DNA of 63,916 bases, counting the filler, from Basidioascus undulatus (taxonomy: Eukaryota): assembly GCA_000826855.1 (NCBI GenBank). It is 3 parts of 3 records of this genome, joined end to end, with 100 filler letters (N's around TTAATTAATTAA, not from the genome) between each part and the next. Parts side by side here need not be neighbours in the genome. Positions count along the whole stretch, not along the records: positions 21,431 to 42,721 come from JTLS01000335.1; 2 more parts are not named here. One strand, 5' to 3'. A program made the translations under genes and the position numbers. The notes under the pieces were generated by a model. It was given only the letters and a program-made list of their open reading frames with translations. It had not been told where the DNA came from and ran no database searches. Of this stretch, positions 24,940 to 38,879 are shown one piece after another (the stretch's first letter is position 1; each line of letters starts with the position of its first letter).

Positions 24940-25950
24940 TCCCCTCTCGAGTCCCAGACGCACCTGCCAGATCAAGTACGCCACGACAAGCGGCAGCACG
25001 ATAACAGGAATGCCGCTAGCGGGAGTGGGGCCGCCAGCCGCGTCCCATGCCACGCCAAGCGTGCACCCAGAAACGGAAATATCCCGAGGAGGGTCGCGAT
25101 GGGGATGGCGGCGTACGTGAGGTTGAGTCGGGCACAGAGCGAGAGCAGCCCGTGCGCTTGGAGCGCGCTGGTGAAGACGAAATACAGGTCGTATTTCAGG
25201 AGAGCGAGGTAGATCTCGTATCTCATGTACCGGTCTTATTGATGAAATTGAGTACGACATTCTGCGGGAATATCCAGGAGAAACTCACGCTCGAGAGCAA
25301 TATCTCCGCTGGCCAGGGACGTGTAGCGGTGTCAGCCGAACTCCTTGTACCTGGCCATCAGCCGGAAGGTGAGCGGCATGAGTCGCAGACTTTCCAGTAA
25401 ACTCACAGCTCCCAGCTCAAGTACACCGTCGCCAGCTCCGAAGCAGCGAGCGTCCCGAGCAGCACGTAGTTAAGGCTGTACAGCGTCTTCTCGTACCAGC
25501 CCGTCATGTACGCGATAGAGCCAAGGAAGAAATGCTGCGGGAACGATTTCTTGTTCAACTACCAAATTTGGGCTCCCAAATAGGATGAGACGAAACTGAG
25601 TGATTCCGATGGCAAGAATGAGGTTGTGTATCCATGTGAAGAGCAGCTGAAAGCTGTTGCGCTGCCGCAGGCATTCGAGGCCAAGAAAGAGATGGAACGC
25701 GTGTCCGACAGTAAATGAGACTGCGTCTGTCAATAGAGCGTAGAGAAAGTGTTGGAGAAAGGTCCTAGGGGCTTCCTGATATCGAGCCACCATTCAGTCC
25801 CATTTGACGCACGAGTTCACGATCTGAGTACACTGGTCGTGACGAACGCGAGGGCTGAGGACACAATGCCGCCGTACTTACAGGGATACCCAGTTCGGAG
25901 ACCTTTGCATCAAACCCCAGTTGTAGGTAACAGTGAATGGTAGTAGCGAT
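24940..25950 (-). pseudogene. UPF0658 (Golgi membrane protein C1952.10c-like) pseudogene
   Basis: Contains LECLRQRNSFQL, YLSWEL/YKEFG*HRYTSLASGDIALE and RYMRYEIYLALLKYDLYF, matching the family pattern LYxEFGW...Y.IY..LLKFD. TGA at 25332-25334 replaces the conserved Trp, and there are additional frame changes. Confidence 0.65.
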
Positions 25951-27672
25951 GGCGATGTTGGTGGCAAATTCGATGATGGACGGGGCCGCTTGACGCTCGG
26001 GATGTGTGTTGCGTCGCTGGGTGTGCTGTTCGGAGTCGGGTTCGTATAAAATTTCGTACTCATAGTAATATTTGCAACTATTCTCGGGTAGGAGATGCAC
26101 TTCGCGCGGCCATCCGCGGCTCCCCTTCAAAACTGCGATGCGGCTTGCAAACAGCATCTCCGTGGTCGGTGATGGTCGGCAGACGGTACTGGTCGGGAGA
26201 CCACGAGAGCTGCATACTTAGCCGTACAGAAAAGACAGGTTGGTCTCCTCACGCTGTGGGAAATCCAGCATGTAAGCAGTTCCTTGTTGAAGGCCGCCTG
26301 GCCCAGCTGGTAGGTTTGCTAAATCTTACGGACGAGTTGTAAATAGAAGCAGACATCCAAGATCTTACAATCGAATGGAAAAACTATTTTTCCTCCTCCA
26401 AGTAAAGTCTTCGAACACCCGGCAACGGCTGCACCCGCAGCAGCAGTCAGAGCTGCTCTTGCTCCTCATGATCAGCTCTTGTGCAACCAGCAGACTACAC
26501 TCGACCTTGAAGTGTATGCCCAATAAGCGTCCCAGGTTAAAATAGAAGCGCCAATATACTTGGAAGAGTGAAAAGCCATGTCTGTTCTGAATGAAATCAC
26601 CAGCACGAGCTTGCGAACGACTCGAGTCGGGCTGTGGTCGGCGCACTAATGGTCGAATAAGCCTCGGAACCAGATCCTCAACGACTTCTGGAACATTCAT
26701 AATAGGTGACACTAGATATCCTGAGATGCACAGAACACGTTCACGATTGCACAATCTGGTACAACAGCAGCAGAAGCAGCGCTTTCAGTTGGACCAATCC
26801 TCGCAATGCCGCCATGACGTCAGGTGTCGATCGAAGCATCGCCTCGAGGCTGCTCTTTCTGCCATGCCGAACATACGCTCTTCGAGTCGAAATTCAGGGT
26901 TGCATTGAATTGGAAAGGGAAGGGGTGTACCCTCTGCCAATCTTGCGAAGGTCGCGAGAGTATTCGACAAAAATTTGGTCGAAGCCCCGGATGCGCAGGA
27001 CCAGACTGGTGAATGCACGGTTACCTGTTTCTTCAGTAATATTTCCTTCATTTCTCCATTGGTTCATAATATAAATCCTGTTGACGTTGAACTTCTTGCG
27101 TTTGTGCACGTTGCGTACCCGAGCAGGTCTCAAAGACTAGTCTTCGCCTCGCGGCAAATCGGAGTAAACCGCCACTAAGCTGTTGACCTTCTACGTGCAC
27201 CTACCTGAGCCGCGTCACGCTATATCACGCACGTTCTTTGCGTTCACGACGATGGATTGTTCTCATTCCTGGTCAAGCCTCCTTGGGCGGGCCGACTTGC
27301 CGTTGTAACCTCCAATTCAACAAACGACTCGCACGCTCCCAGAACTAGCTGTGCTGCTACGCCGCGACAGACCCCTCCTTTGTCCCGCAGCATTCTGTGG
27401 CTGCTCATGGTGGACTGCCTAACTCTGGTACTCTCGGACGTATTGCGGGGCTCAGCTCTTGATCAAGTTTTCGGCGCGCACAGCGCGCACACAATACCTG
27501 GTGCTAAACGCCTTACGTAGACGAGCAGTCAGCAGCGTCGTGTTGATCGAGGTGGACTGGTCACCACCCATCGTGTTCCCCCTCGTCCATGTAATTTGTC
27601 CTCGACCTTTGAAAAACCCACTCCTTCCTCCTCCCCATCACCCAACTGGCCTCGGAACACAGTGCCAACGCC

Positions 27673-29981
27673 ATGCCCGCTCTTTCCTTCGAACAGCCTC
27701 TCCCCTCCCCTCCTCGCCCGGCAGCAGTTGCTTCGTCCGGTGCCTCATTCTCTTCATTCTCTACTCTCTCACCTGAATCAACCATCCGCGATGAGAAGTG
27801 GGACTCTCGCGCAACTGGCTTCTCAATCCTTCACGGCGGCGACTTGGAAGCCAGCCCTCGGAAGGGCCGTCCGCCCTCACTCGCGCCGTCAGCGCGGCTA
27901 AAACAGGAGGTTTTCCACATTGGCCCTCTTCGGATCAGCAAGACCCCTATTATCATAGCAATTGTGAGTGGTAACATGTTGAGGTGCTCATGGGAAACGG
28001 GCAGGCGGTACTGATTTGGTATTGGTTCGGTACGTGAAGACTTGCGTAACGATGCTCGCTGTAGGCCTCAACGACAGCGCGACCGGTGCCAACCTGCCCG
28101 CCCTGGAGGAGTTCTACAACGTCTCGTTCGATGTCATCTCACTGGTATTTCTGGCGAATGTAGCAGGGTGAGCCCTTCGTTATCCACCTTCGGGATGTTC
28201 CTGACACGGTCCTCACGTGCAGGTATTGCGTCTCGTGCTTGACGGCCTCATTGTTCCTGCACCACCTCGGCATGAGGTGGACGCTGATGGTAAGCCTTTC
28301 TCATCAATTTTTGTCCATTTTTCTTAGGCCTGACGGTCATTTTCACAGCTTGCCTCTGCTATTTACGGCGGCGGTGCACTACTTGCTGCGTTCGCACCTC
28401 CATTCCCTGCCTTTGTCATCGCTCTGCTGCTGCTTGGTTTCGGCGCCGGATTGTTGGACGCGTCCGCTAGCAGCGCTATTGCACACGTAATTCTCCACGT
28501 CTGATTCCCATGTCAAGGGGGACTGGCCTCCGGGTTTACCGCTTACCTCCAATTCCATTCTTGACAGCTTGAAGATGGACCACTGATGTCCATGGTGTAC
28601 GCATCATTCTCTGTACGTCGTTCCTGCATCGCTTGGTAAACAGAAGCTCACGGCCCGTCCGTCTCCAGATCGGTTCGGTAAATCTTACCCAATAACCAAG
28701 TTTGGAATTCGCTTCACTGAACTCCCCTCCCCCCTCCCCGCGGCAGATGATCGCCCCTTTCATCGTGGGCGCGCTGGCGAAGAAGGGCACGTCCTGGAAC
28801 CAATACTACTGGTTTCCGCTGTGAGTTCTCTTTCCATGACTTTCTCCGAATCCCACGCTTATGACAGGAAATTACGCAGAGCTCTGATTGCCACCATCGC
28901 CCTGTTCCAATTCTTCATCTTCGCATCGTACGAGATGCCTGTCGAAGAGGACGCGGAGACCCACAATGCATCCTCTCGGGTCAAGCTCTCCCTCAAACTT
29001 CCAGTGGCTTGGTGAGTGATCTTCGAGCTACAGTGAATGCTCAAGGGGCTCACGATATGCCACATCTATAGGCTTGGATTCGCAATGGTCTTCTTGGCGT
29101 TTGCCATCCAGAACACCCTCAGCAACTGGCTGCCTGATGTGAGTGTCCTCAGTTAAGCGATACTTGTTCCAACAGTAACGTCCTATCAATCCGCCTCCAG
29201 TACTTGCAAGACGTCCGGAACATGGGGGGCGGCGTCTCACAATACGAACTGGCCGGTATGTGCTTTCCGTAAACTCATTCCAGCTTCAACTCACAAGCCG
29301 CTCGGGAAAACTTTCAGCTTTCTGGGGCGGTAAGTCCCCCTTCCCACCAAAAATTTCATGACCGTTCAGCTCACCCGTTTGGGGCAGGCGTCGCGGCCGG
29401 TCGTATCATCCTCGCCATCCCGACGAACCGTATCGGCGAGAAGCAGTCCAACATCTCATGCCTCGCGATCGTGGCGGCGCTGTTCGCCGTGCTCTGGCGA
29501 ATCAATAGCGTGCCCGGAAACGCTGTCACCCTCGCTTCCACGGGGTTCTTCCACGGGTGAGCCTTCAGTCTGCCTCGTGCGCAGGACTCGCGCTGATGCC
29601 CGAGAGCGCTTGAAGGCCCATCACGCCCAACATCCTCTCCATCGTCGCTTCCCGGGTGCCCCCGAGCTTGAAGAACTCGATTGTTTCCATTACAATTGGT
29701 AAGCCTTTGTACGTCGGCCACCACACCTGGCCCTTCCTGACGACAGCCGCACACCGCCTAGGACTCGGTCTCATCGGCTCCGGTGTCGGTCCTCTGGTCT
29801 TCGGCGAGGTAGCCGGACTGGTAGGCGTCGACATCCTGCCCCCGACAATGGCGAGTCACTTGTCCCTCTTCTCCACAGCCCGATCTAACGCTTAGACACC
29901 CTCGCCCAGATGGTCATGGCGGTCCTCTGCGGCCTCCTCTTCGTCTTGCTCCCGCGCCCTCGACCAGCGATGTCCCCGTAG
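27673..29981 (+). CDS. MFS transporter, Bsc6/FucP-like; many short exons
   Basis: Spliced GLNDSATGANLPALEEFYNVSFDVISLVFLANVAG, GFGAGLLDA, IGS-MIAPFIVGAL, FWGGVAAGRII and GFFHGPITP. Ends MVMAVLCGLLFVLLPRPRPAMSP*. Confidence 0.85.
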
Positions 29982-30937
29982 GGCGCCTACACCAGAAACA
30001 ACTCCCCACCCCAAGCTGTGCCGGTCCGGTGCCTCGTCCCGCGGCTAGCGACGATCCCACTCACCAACCCACTGCCGGGCTGGATGGTGCGGACTGCGAA
30101 GGACCGTACAACGTGCCCTCAGCCCATGCCCATGCCCAACGGACAGTTCAGTCAACTGCAGAACGCTTTCTATTAGAACACTTTACGATATTCTAGACAT
30201 ACACATAGACCTGGAGGACAGCGAATTGTTTATAGACGTCGATTGAATGCCATTGCGCCCCTGTTCCGATGGCTGCAGGCAGGACGCACTGTTGCGGCAC
30301 CGTCGAGCGACGCATTAAGCGCGCATGCATGCACTGCTAGGTCGAAGGAAGGAGCGAGAGCGAGACGTTTGTTGAAATGCGCGGTGTTCCTTCTGGTTCC
30401 CACTCTGCCTGATGATACCGCCGGTGAGCGCTGAATTACTTGACGGTGCGGGGGGTGCAGAACTGCTTGCTTACCGGCCCTCCCCGAGACCGGATGCATG
30501 GGTGTGGTTAATTACTTGTCGAAGCAGACAGTGAATGCGAGATGCGAGACGGCGATGACACTCACTGTGGGGGTGTGCCTTCGAGCGAAGACGGGGCGCG
30601 CCGCACGCTTGCTTGCTCACTTGGCTGCAGGACGTCTATCGTCACAAAGACGGAACAACACACATCATAGGTAAACATCGCGCGAAACACGAGCGATACA
30701 GAATCCTCCGCATCCGGATCACCGTACACACAAACAAGCCACAGCCCTCTACACACAACACTCCCCCCATCCTCCCCTCTCTTCCTACCCCTCGCTCACC
30801 CCCTCCCCGCCCGGCAGCCCGACCCGTCCCTCTACGCTTCGGCCCCCGCCCCAGCGAAGTCCCGCCGCCCTGCCCGCGTATACCATACGGACGACATCGC
30901 TTCCCCCTCCTCGTCCGCCGCGCCCGCCCCGCAAGGG

Positions 30938-33900
30938 ATGCACCAGCACCGCGGCCGGCCGTCCGCGTTCTCTCCCTCGGGGGCCGACCGCCCGGCATCC
31001 TTCTCCCCCGCCGCCTCCGCCGCTGCTGCATCCACTCCTCCTACCCAGCCGGCGCTGCCGTCCTCCGCGCCCCCCGCGCGCATCCCCCAGCCGCCGCACT
31101 CCGCAGGCCAAGCATACGCAGGCGGCATGCGCGCCAAAATCGACCCTGACGCGATCCCCGCGCCCGTGCAGCCACTTCTGAACGAGCGCTCCCGCTGGTC
31201 CTCGGACGAGGCGGAAGAATACCTCACGGTGGGCGGGATAGAGCCTCCCTCGGCAGACGTAGACTTCAAAGCCGTCGACTTGGGGAACTCCTCGCCCCGG
31301 CATCTCCGCCTAACGACCTACGCCATCCCCCACTCGTCCGAGCTTGCTGGGGCGGCTCAGATCCCCCTTGCGCTCCTGGTGCAGCCGTTTGCGGAGGGGC
31401 GGGATGATGAGGAGCCTGTGCCGAGGGTGGAGGATTTCGGGACGGGGGAGGGGGAGGAGGGCGGCCCGCCCAGGTGCGGGAAGTGCAGGGGGTATGTGAA
31501 TGCGTGGGTGAGGTGGGAGGATGGGGGGCGCAGGTGGGTGTGCAATTTGTGCGGGAACAAGAACGACGGTGCGTCCCGTCCTCTTATAGCTCCTCTCCCT
31601 TGCCTTCCATCTCCCACCACCCCCCCTTCCTCCCGCACAAATCGCACTCCCCGCGCAGTCCCGTCTTCCTATTTCTCCGCCCTCGACCCGTATTCCTCCC
31701 GGCGCCTCGACATCGCCGCCCGCCCCGAACTAACGCACGGCACAATCGACTTCTTCGCCCCCCCGTCCTACAACGCCCTCCAGCCCGCTCCCTCCGCCTC
31801 GTCCCTCCTCTCCTCCACTCTCTCCGCCGCCCCGGCGGACGTCCCCCGCGCGCCCGCGCCCATGAGCTACGTCTTCGCGATCGACGTCAGCTGGAATAGC
31901 GTTAGGAGCGGGCTGCTGGGGACGCTGGTGCGGGCGGTGCGGGACGCTATTTATGGCGAGGGGGATGGGGAGGGGGAGGAGTGCGCGGTGCCGCGGGGGG
32001 CGAGGGTGGGCGTTGTGACGTTTGCGGAGGTGGTGCATTATTATGACCTTTCGGTGCGTCGGGTTTCTCTTCCTCGAGCGACTGCCTGTCTGTTCCTGGG
32101 CCGGCGGTTTGGAAGGACGCAGCAGCGACGCAGCAGCGGCGGGACGGGAGCTGATGGAATTGTGGGGTGGGGGAACCGGGCAGCCTGAAATCGACGCGAC
32201 CGAGCCGCGGATGATGGTCGTACCCGACGTGGACGAGCCGTTCGTACCGCTTGGAAATGGGTTCTTGGTCGATGCGAGGGAGGGGCGGTGCGTCGTCTTC
32301 TCTCCTCTCCCTGCGCCTCTTCTCCCTCTCCTTCTCCGCACACATTGCCCAACCTCTTTTTTTCACTTCCCCCCTCTCGTACATATGCTGATCACGAAAA
32401 GCGGCACCCCGCAGAGCAAACATCCTTGCCCTCCTCTCCGCCCTCCCCGCCCTCTTCGCGGACACGCAAGAGCCGCACGCTGTCCTCGGCTCGACGCTCG
32501 AGTCTGTTTTGTCCGGTCTCGTGCGTCTCTCTCCTCCCCTCCCTTCCCTCCCCATCCCTCCTTCCCCACTCATCCCTTCGCTTCGCTTCCTCTCGTCTCC
32601 CGCTCCCACTCATTCCGCCCGCCCTCCCCCTCCGCAGTCGTCAACCGGCGGCCTCCTCTCGATCTTCCAGACGTCGCTCCCCACGCTGGGCCTAGGGGCG
32701 CTGAAGGAACGCGACCCCCCCGGCGGGGGGGTGGACAAGCCCTCCGCTTTGTTCGGCCCCGCCGACACGTGGTGGAGCAACCTTGGGGAAAGATTTGTGG
32801 ATGCCGGCGTGGGGGTGAATACGTTCTTGTTCCCTAGTCGCTATGCAGATGTGGGGAGCTTGGGTGCGTTTCTCCTTCAGCCCTTCCTTCCCCTTCGCTA
32901 GTTTTGAGGCGGCAGAGGGGAGAAGCTCATGGAATGGATGGGACGGCGTGGAACAGCGACCATCGCCGGCATGACGGGCGGGGAGAACTTCTTCTACCCG
33001 CGCTTTGAGCCCATGCGGTACGAGGAGAAGGTCCGCGCGGACGTGCGGCGCGTGGTGAGGAGGCAGACGGGTTACAATGTGGCGGTGCGGATTCGGTGCT
33101 CGAACGGTGCGTATTCCTTCACTCTTTCTCTTCTCGTTTCGGGGCATGCACCCTACCCCTTGCTCTCTTCCGTTCTCCCTCTGCCTGCTCCTACCACGTC
33201 CCCTCTCCCCGTTCCCTCTCCGTCTGCGCTTCTCCCTTACCTTATCTCCCCTTCCCACTGTCCGCCCCACACCGCCGCACAATTCCTTACTCCCCTTCGC
33301 TCCCGCAGGTCTGCACGTCGACACGCACTACGGCGCGTTTCACCAGCGGAACGCGACGGACCTCGAGCTGGGGACGCTCCACGCGGACGCGTCCCTCGCG
33401 GCCGAGATCGCGCACGAGGGCGCCAAGCTCGTCGACGGCCAGGACGCGTTTGTCCAGGCCGCGGTCCTGTACACGTCCGCCGAGGGCGAGCGCCGCGTGC
33501 GCGTCCTCAATCTCGCGGTTAAGGTGTCGAGCGTCGCCGGGCACGTGTTCAGGTTCGCGGACATGGATGCGGGGGCTGTATTTTTGGCGAAGCAGGGTGA
33601 GTGGGGCGGCTGGGAGTGAGGGAGGGAGGAAGGAAGGAAGTGAGGCTGATTGAGAGGGTGCGGCGGAGGACAGCGGTTGCAAGGGCTTTCTCCAAGCCTC
33701 TTCGGCAGGTTCGCGAGCAGCTCACGGACAAGGCCGTCAAGATCCTGCTCGCGTACCGCAAGCTCTGCGCGCAGAATAACTCGGGCAGCCAAGTCCGTCT
33801 CCCGCCCCTCTCCCTCACTACCGCGGACTGACATCTCCCCCCTCTGTCCCACTCGCAGCTCATCCTCCCAGAGTCGTACAAGCTCATAGCGCTCTACACG

Positions 33901-34824
33901 CTCGGCATCCTCAAGTCCAAGGCGTTCAAGGGCGGCGCGGTCGCGTCCGACGTGCGCACGCACTACCTCCGCTACCTTGCCACGGCTCCGCCCGCCGTCG
34001 TCCTCGCGCACCTCTACCCGCGCATGATGGCCGTCCACGCGCTCGCGGACGACGAGGGCTTCCCGAGCCCCAAGACGGGCAGGCTGCGCTTGCCTCCCCT
34101 TATGAGGGACAGCTATGCAAGGATGGAGCCGCATGGGGCTTATTTGATCGGTGCGTCTTTTCCGACTCTCCGGAATAGATTGGTTGCAATGTACGAAGTT
34201 GATCAACTCGGCTGCGGTGCAGAGAACGGCGAGTTCGCGATCCTCTGGCTCGGCAGCGCCGTGTCTCCGCAGATCCTGCAAGACCTCTACGCCGTAGAAA
34301 ACCAAGATGAGATCGACCATCGGCTGGTGCATCCTCTCCGTCCCTCTCTCCTCGCCTCATCTTCCTCACCTCTCTCTGTACGGCCCGCCCGCAGACCTCC
34401 CTCCCCCGCCTGCCCACGCGCCTCTCGACCCAGCTGCGCAACATCCTCGCGTACCTGTCCAACGTCCGCGGGCGCGGGCGCACGCTGCCCGTGCTCATCG
34501 CGAGGCAGAACACGGACGCGGCCGAGATCGAGTTTGGGAACATGCTCGTTGAGGACCAGAACAATGATGCAATGTCCTGTGCGTTTGCTTTTCTCGTACC
34601 CTTTTCTTTCTGTTGTGGATGCGACGCTGACTCGGGGCAGGTCAACGCAGATGTCGATTGTGAGGTTCCTTGCTTTGTTCTGCGAGGTATGCGTGTGATA
34701 ATTATACTAACCGTGCGGATCGCGTTCAGACCTCTGCTTCGTCCACAAGCAGATCACGCAGGCCGTCTCGGGCGAGGCGCGCCAGATGGACGCGGCGGAC
34801 GCGGCGACTTGGAGGGCTTGGTAG
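30938..34824 (+). CDS. SEC24: COPII coat subunit Sec24, SEC24C/D (Sfb3/Lst1) type; the true start may be in an upstream exon
   Basis: [11 protein letters not shown], zinc finger [12 protein letters not shown]...WVCNLCG, trunk YVFAIDVS and [14 protein letters not shown], beta-sandwich [19 protein letters not shown], helical QLILPES and gelsolin-like [11 protein letters not shown], ending LVEDQNN...CFVHKQI. Confidence 0.95.
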
Positions 34825-35460
34825 GCGTAGATGAGGCTGTGCGTGCGGAAGGGCGGGTTGATGTGGGTCGAGGTTCGAGATGTGATACCAGATGGGGATG
34901 CGCTTGCACCGCTGGCTGGCACGCTCCCGTTTGTTTGCGTCGAGGATGAAGGCATGGAAGTCGCTGTCTGGCTCGCTTCGTTTGGGATTCTTGAAATTTT
35001 CGCCCATTGTTTGCGGCATTCTCTTTCCTGGAGTTGACGCCAAGCCCAGATTGAGCACGGCATGCCAACCACCAAAAACCGTGGGCGTGGCAGCCGTGCA
35101 GCTTGAATGCGAACTCGCGCGCCGAGACGCATTCCAATTATTCATTTGGTTCTACGGCATGAAACTTCTGGACGTTCCAAGAGAGTGAGAAGACTCCAAA
35201 CTACAGTGACGTGTGCCGCAGCGGTACGTTGGCGGCGTGCGAGTCCGGGTAGTTTTCACTTTACCGTTCCAGCCGGGTTCAGACACTATAGCAACGTCGA
35301 TCGACGAAGAACCCATGGATATCAATATATTCATGGAAGTACGTCAATGCACTCGGGGTCCATGTTCCCTCACAAGACGGCTAATCTCAAAATCAAAGGC
35401 GAGGGCAGCCTGCATCCGCCACCGAAAGTATCAGCACTCTGCTGCAACAGTCGCAACATC

Positions 35461-38400
35461 TTACGAATACGTACAGGTAGAGGTTGTAGAAGATGCGAAG
35501 GCCTCATTTGCGTTTCGCGAGGCGATGTCCTTCTTGCCAGGAACATCAAGACCCGGGTTGCGCTGCAGAAACGGGGGAAGGTCAGAGGCTGCGCAGACGA
35601 AGCGGGCAAGTGAAGACCACGCACCTCGAAGAAGTTGGATGGCTTCAAGTGGACCTTGACGCTCTCAACAGGCATTATGGGCCAGTCCTACGAAACAACG
35701 AGCGTAAGAATCGCGGTGTGAGAAAGCAACAAACAACAGGAAAACGGCTCACTTCCGGCCTCGCAAAGTGCGTCGCACCTGAGCAACGACATTGGAATCA
35801 GCAACACTGCAGCCCGGGTGAATACGCGGATCATCGTACCGAAGTTCAACCAGACCACGACATCCTCATCCTCCACCTTGCCGTCCTGCTCAACCCACTC
35901 TTGCAGACCGAAGACCTCGCCACCTTCGCTCTGGTTGACGTGAAAGCCGCACGGATAGAGGGTGTCCTCGGCGTAGGGCGTGACGAAGAGCTGTTGAGAT
36001 GCAGATCTTGGGTTATCCGGTGGATTTGGGTTGCAAGGAGAGGAGCCGTACACCGTGACGGGCGAAAGGTGCACGATTCCAGACCATCGAGCCAGGCTTG
36101 GCCATCAGGGGAGGCATGTCGCGACAGACTGCAATGTGCTAGACAAGTAAGAACTCTGCAGCGGAGGACCAGTCGAGAGAAAGCGAGAACGGAGCTTACT
36201 GATTTTGTAGGCCACGTTGTGACCGGATGCGAAGTGCTGCTTGTGCCGGTTCTCAATAGCCCAGATGCGGTGGGTAGAGCTGTCGTAGTCAGACACGGCC
36301 TGCTTTGCCGTCTTGAAGGTCGTCTTACCTGCAATGTGGAGTACCAGTTCAATCAATCGACCGAAGGGCTCAATAATGAGGGGGCTACTGGACTCACGAG
36401 CGTGGAAGCCGTTGCCGTAGAAGTTCTCCGGGCTGCCGACGAGCGCCGGATCAGGCACAGCGTCGATTTGCGAGACGCTGTTACGAAGGCCGTCGAGCAG
36501 GGGGTCTATGCGGAACGAGAAGAGGTGCTGGTGGTGCTGGGCAGCGATTTGCGGGGCAACAACGGTCTCGTGCAGCAGGTCCCCGGGCTCGTTCGGGCCC
36601 AGGACGTACGCGTTGACGATGCCGGTGAGCTTTGACTCGAGCTCGATGGCACCGTCGAGCCCGAAGCTGAAGTAGAACGCATACTGCAAAGCAAGGTTTC
36701 AGCGTCATTAACCCTGGAACTCGCCCATGCGCCAACGGCTTACCTCGTAGTTCGCTGAAGAGCCAAGGAATACAGTCCCGTTAGCATTGGCGGTTGCGGA
36801 TAGTTTGTGACGCTTGAAAAATGACTAACCGACAGTGCAGATGGAAGACACGATGAGCTTGCGGTTCCGCGCGACGTGAACTGCATTGTCGCGGAAGTCG
36901 GTGTGCTGTTACCATACTTGCCGTAAGCGTTCTGGAACCGCCTCTGCATGATAGTAAAGAAAACGATTTCCGACCTTGTGCAGCAGTCCAGCATCTTCCT
37001 CGCTGTAAGAGGGCTGTAATGGTCAGGACCGGTAAAAGCTCACGCTCGAAGCAACGGACTGCAACGCACTGGATGCAAATGGCAGACTTGATCGTGTCAA
37101 CCTGACCGGCGCGGTTTGCGATGTGCGCGTCGAGGTAGGTGATCGAGCCAAGGCAGTCGCAGCCAAGCGCAAGGCTGTTCGAGAGGGCGCCGATACCGTA
37201 CTCGCCTACGGCGCAGAATAAGCAAAGCGCACAGCGATCGAAGGAAGAAAGGCTTGTACCAGTGTCGAAAGCATGCTTCCTGTGGTGCGGGTAAGTCGTC
37301 TTGGCGTACGGCACCACCATCTCCGCAACGGAAAGCTGCAAGGCAGGTCGTCAGCGCCAGTTGTCAGGAGAGGGAGCGACAGTTCTGGCTTACACGATAG
37401 AACAGCGGGCGGGTACCATTCATACCATCATCGTATGTGATATTCGACAAGACAAGGCCATCACTGTGTCGTGGGCCTTGTCAGCAAGGATAGAAAAGTT
37501 CGGAAGGAAGGGCGTCTTACCGATAATTGAACCCGACGTGCACACTCCAATTCTGCCACTTGAGCGTCCGACCCTCCAAGCGATAGCTGACGCCCTCAGG
37601 CTGCACGACATGCAGTGGCTTCAGGCCTTCGCGGAGCTTGAAGTTCCGGTCGTCCAGCGTGCGCTGCTCGGGGAGGTAGTTGTCGCTCGCCATCGGCGGG
37701 GAGATGCGAGCGCGCGGGGCGGACACAGCTTGGGCAGCAGCAGAGCTAGGAGGATGCAAATCCGAAGGGCCGGGGTTTTGTTGCGGGAAGTCGACGGCAA
37801 GGATCTCGCCGGTGTGAGAGTCTACGATAGACCGTGTAAGACCACAGCATGGCGCGAAACGGAAGGAAAGCGGAAACGCACCGATCACCGGAATGAAGTC
37901 AAGGGGGTGGGCGTACAGGTTGTCCCCGGGACGATCCCGAGCGAACATAAAGCACTGCAAAATACACAACAAGGCCTGTCAGGAAATGTCGACTCGGTTG
38001 ACGCAGACTCAATGGCGTACCTGCTGAAGACGCCGACCGGGGAAACGCTCGTCGTTGGCAATGCACCAGCCTGTAGGCAACAAACTTCGTGAGCCAACTT
38101 TTTGAAGAAAGCGATATGTTCAAAACCCGAAACAATGCTTGCCGTCGCAATACAGGTTCTCGGGCTTGACGCCGACCTCGCGAGCGATCTTCTGGATCTC
38201 GGGCGACTCGCGGCAGACCACCTCGGCCCAAAGCAGCTCCTCGACCTGGAGGGAGAGCTGCAGCTTCTCCGATAATAACTTCCAGCGGGAGACGGTCGGC
38301 TTCGAGGAACTGGAGCCGGGAAGATTGGAGGGGAGGTCCACGATCGCCTCGAAAGACAGTCTGGTGAGGGGGCAGAGCAGGAAAACCTGTGAAGACATTG

Positions 38401-38807
38401 GTTTCTTCAACAATGCAACTAAGAGGAGAGTGTCAAGTTACAATGTACCTCAGCTTGACGCTTCAGCGGCGGAACGTACGCCGGGAGCTGGTCGATGGGG
38501 ACAAGACCGTTCCACTTGAGCACGGACACCTTGGGTGGCTCCAGGAGCGTGATGGTGTTGAAGTAGATGCGTTCAGGGCGAACATCGCGCCCCGAAAGCG
38601 AGCCGACGTAGATACGAATGGCGGTCGAAGCAGCCACGATCTCGTCCGCTGTGAGGGGATCGAGCGGGTGTGCGAAAGAGACCGTCTTAGTGAGATTACG
38701 AGCGGGCCTAGAATAAGATCGTTGAGATTTGCTATCGACGGTGAAAGAAAGCAATGTCGCATTGGAGCTCACTCGGACATGCTGGTGAGGGTAACAACGG
38801 GTGCCAT
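35461..38807 (-). CDS. Copper-containing (TPQ) primary amine oxidase; many exons
   Basis: HPLDPLTADEI, NLYAHPLDF, LKPLHVVQPEGVSY, AEMVVPY, HAFD-GEYG, LALGCDCLG, TVANYEY (TPQ consensus after splicing), HHQHLFSFRIDP (HxH) and THFARPEDWPIMP (third His). Confidence 0.95.
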
Positions 38808-38879
38808 GCTGATGGGATGAGGAACGTTTGGGATGTGTAACGGTGAGGGCCAAGCACTGCACTTCGGTTCTCGAGCATG

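Noticed and set aside
7330..25334. Stop-codon reassignment or RNA editing to explain in-frame TAG/TGA in the F-box and UPF0658 genes
   Set aside because: Other genes terminate normally with TGA and TAG, and the same broken genes also carry frameshifts, so pseudogenisation is simpler.
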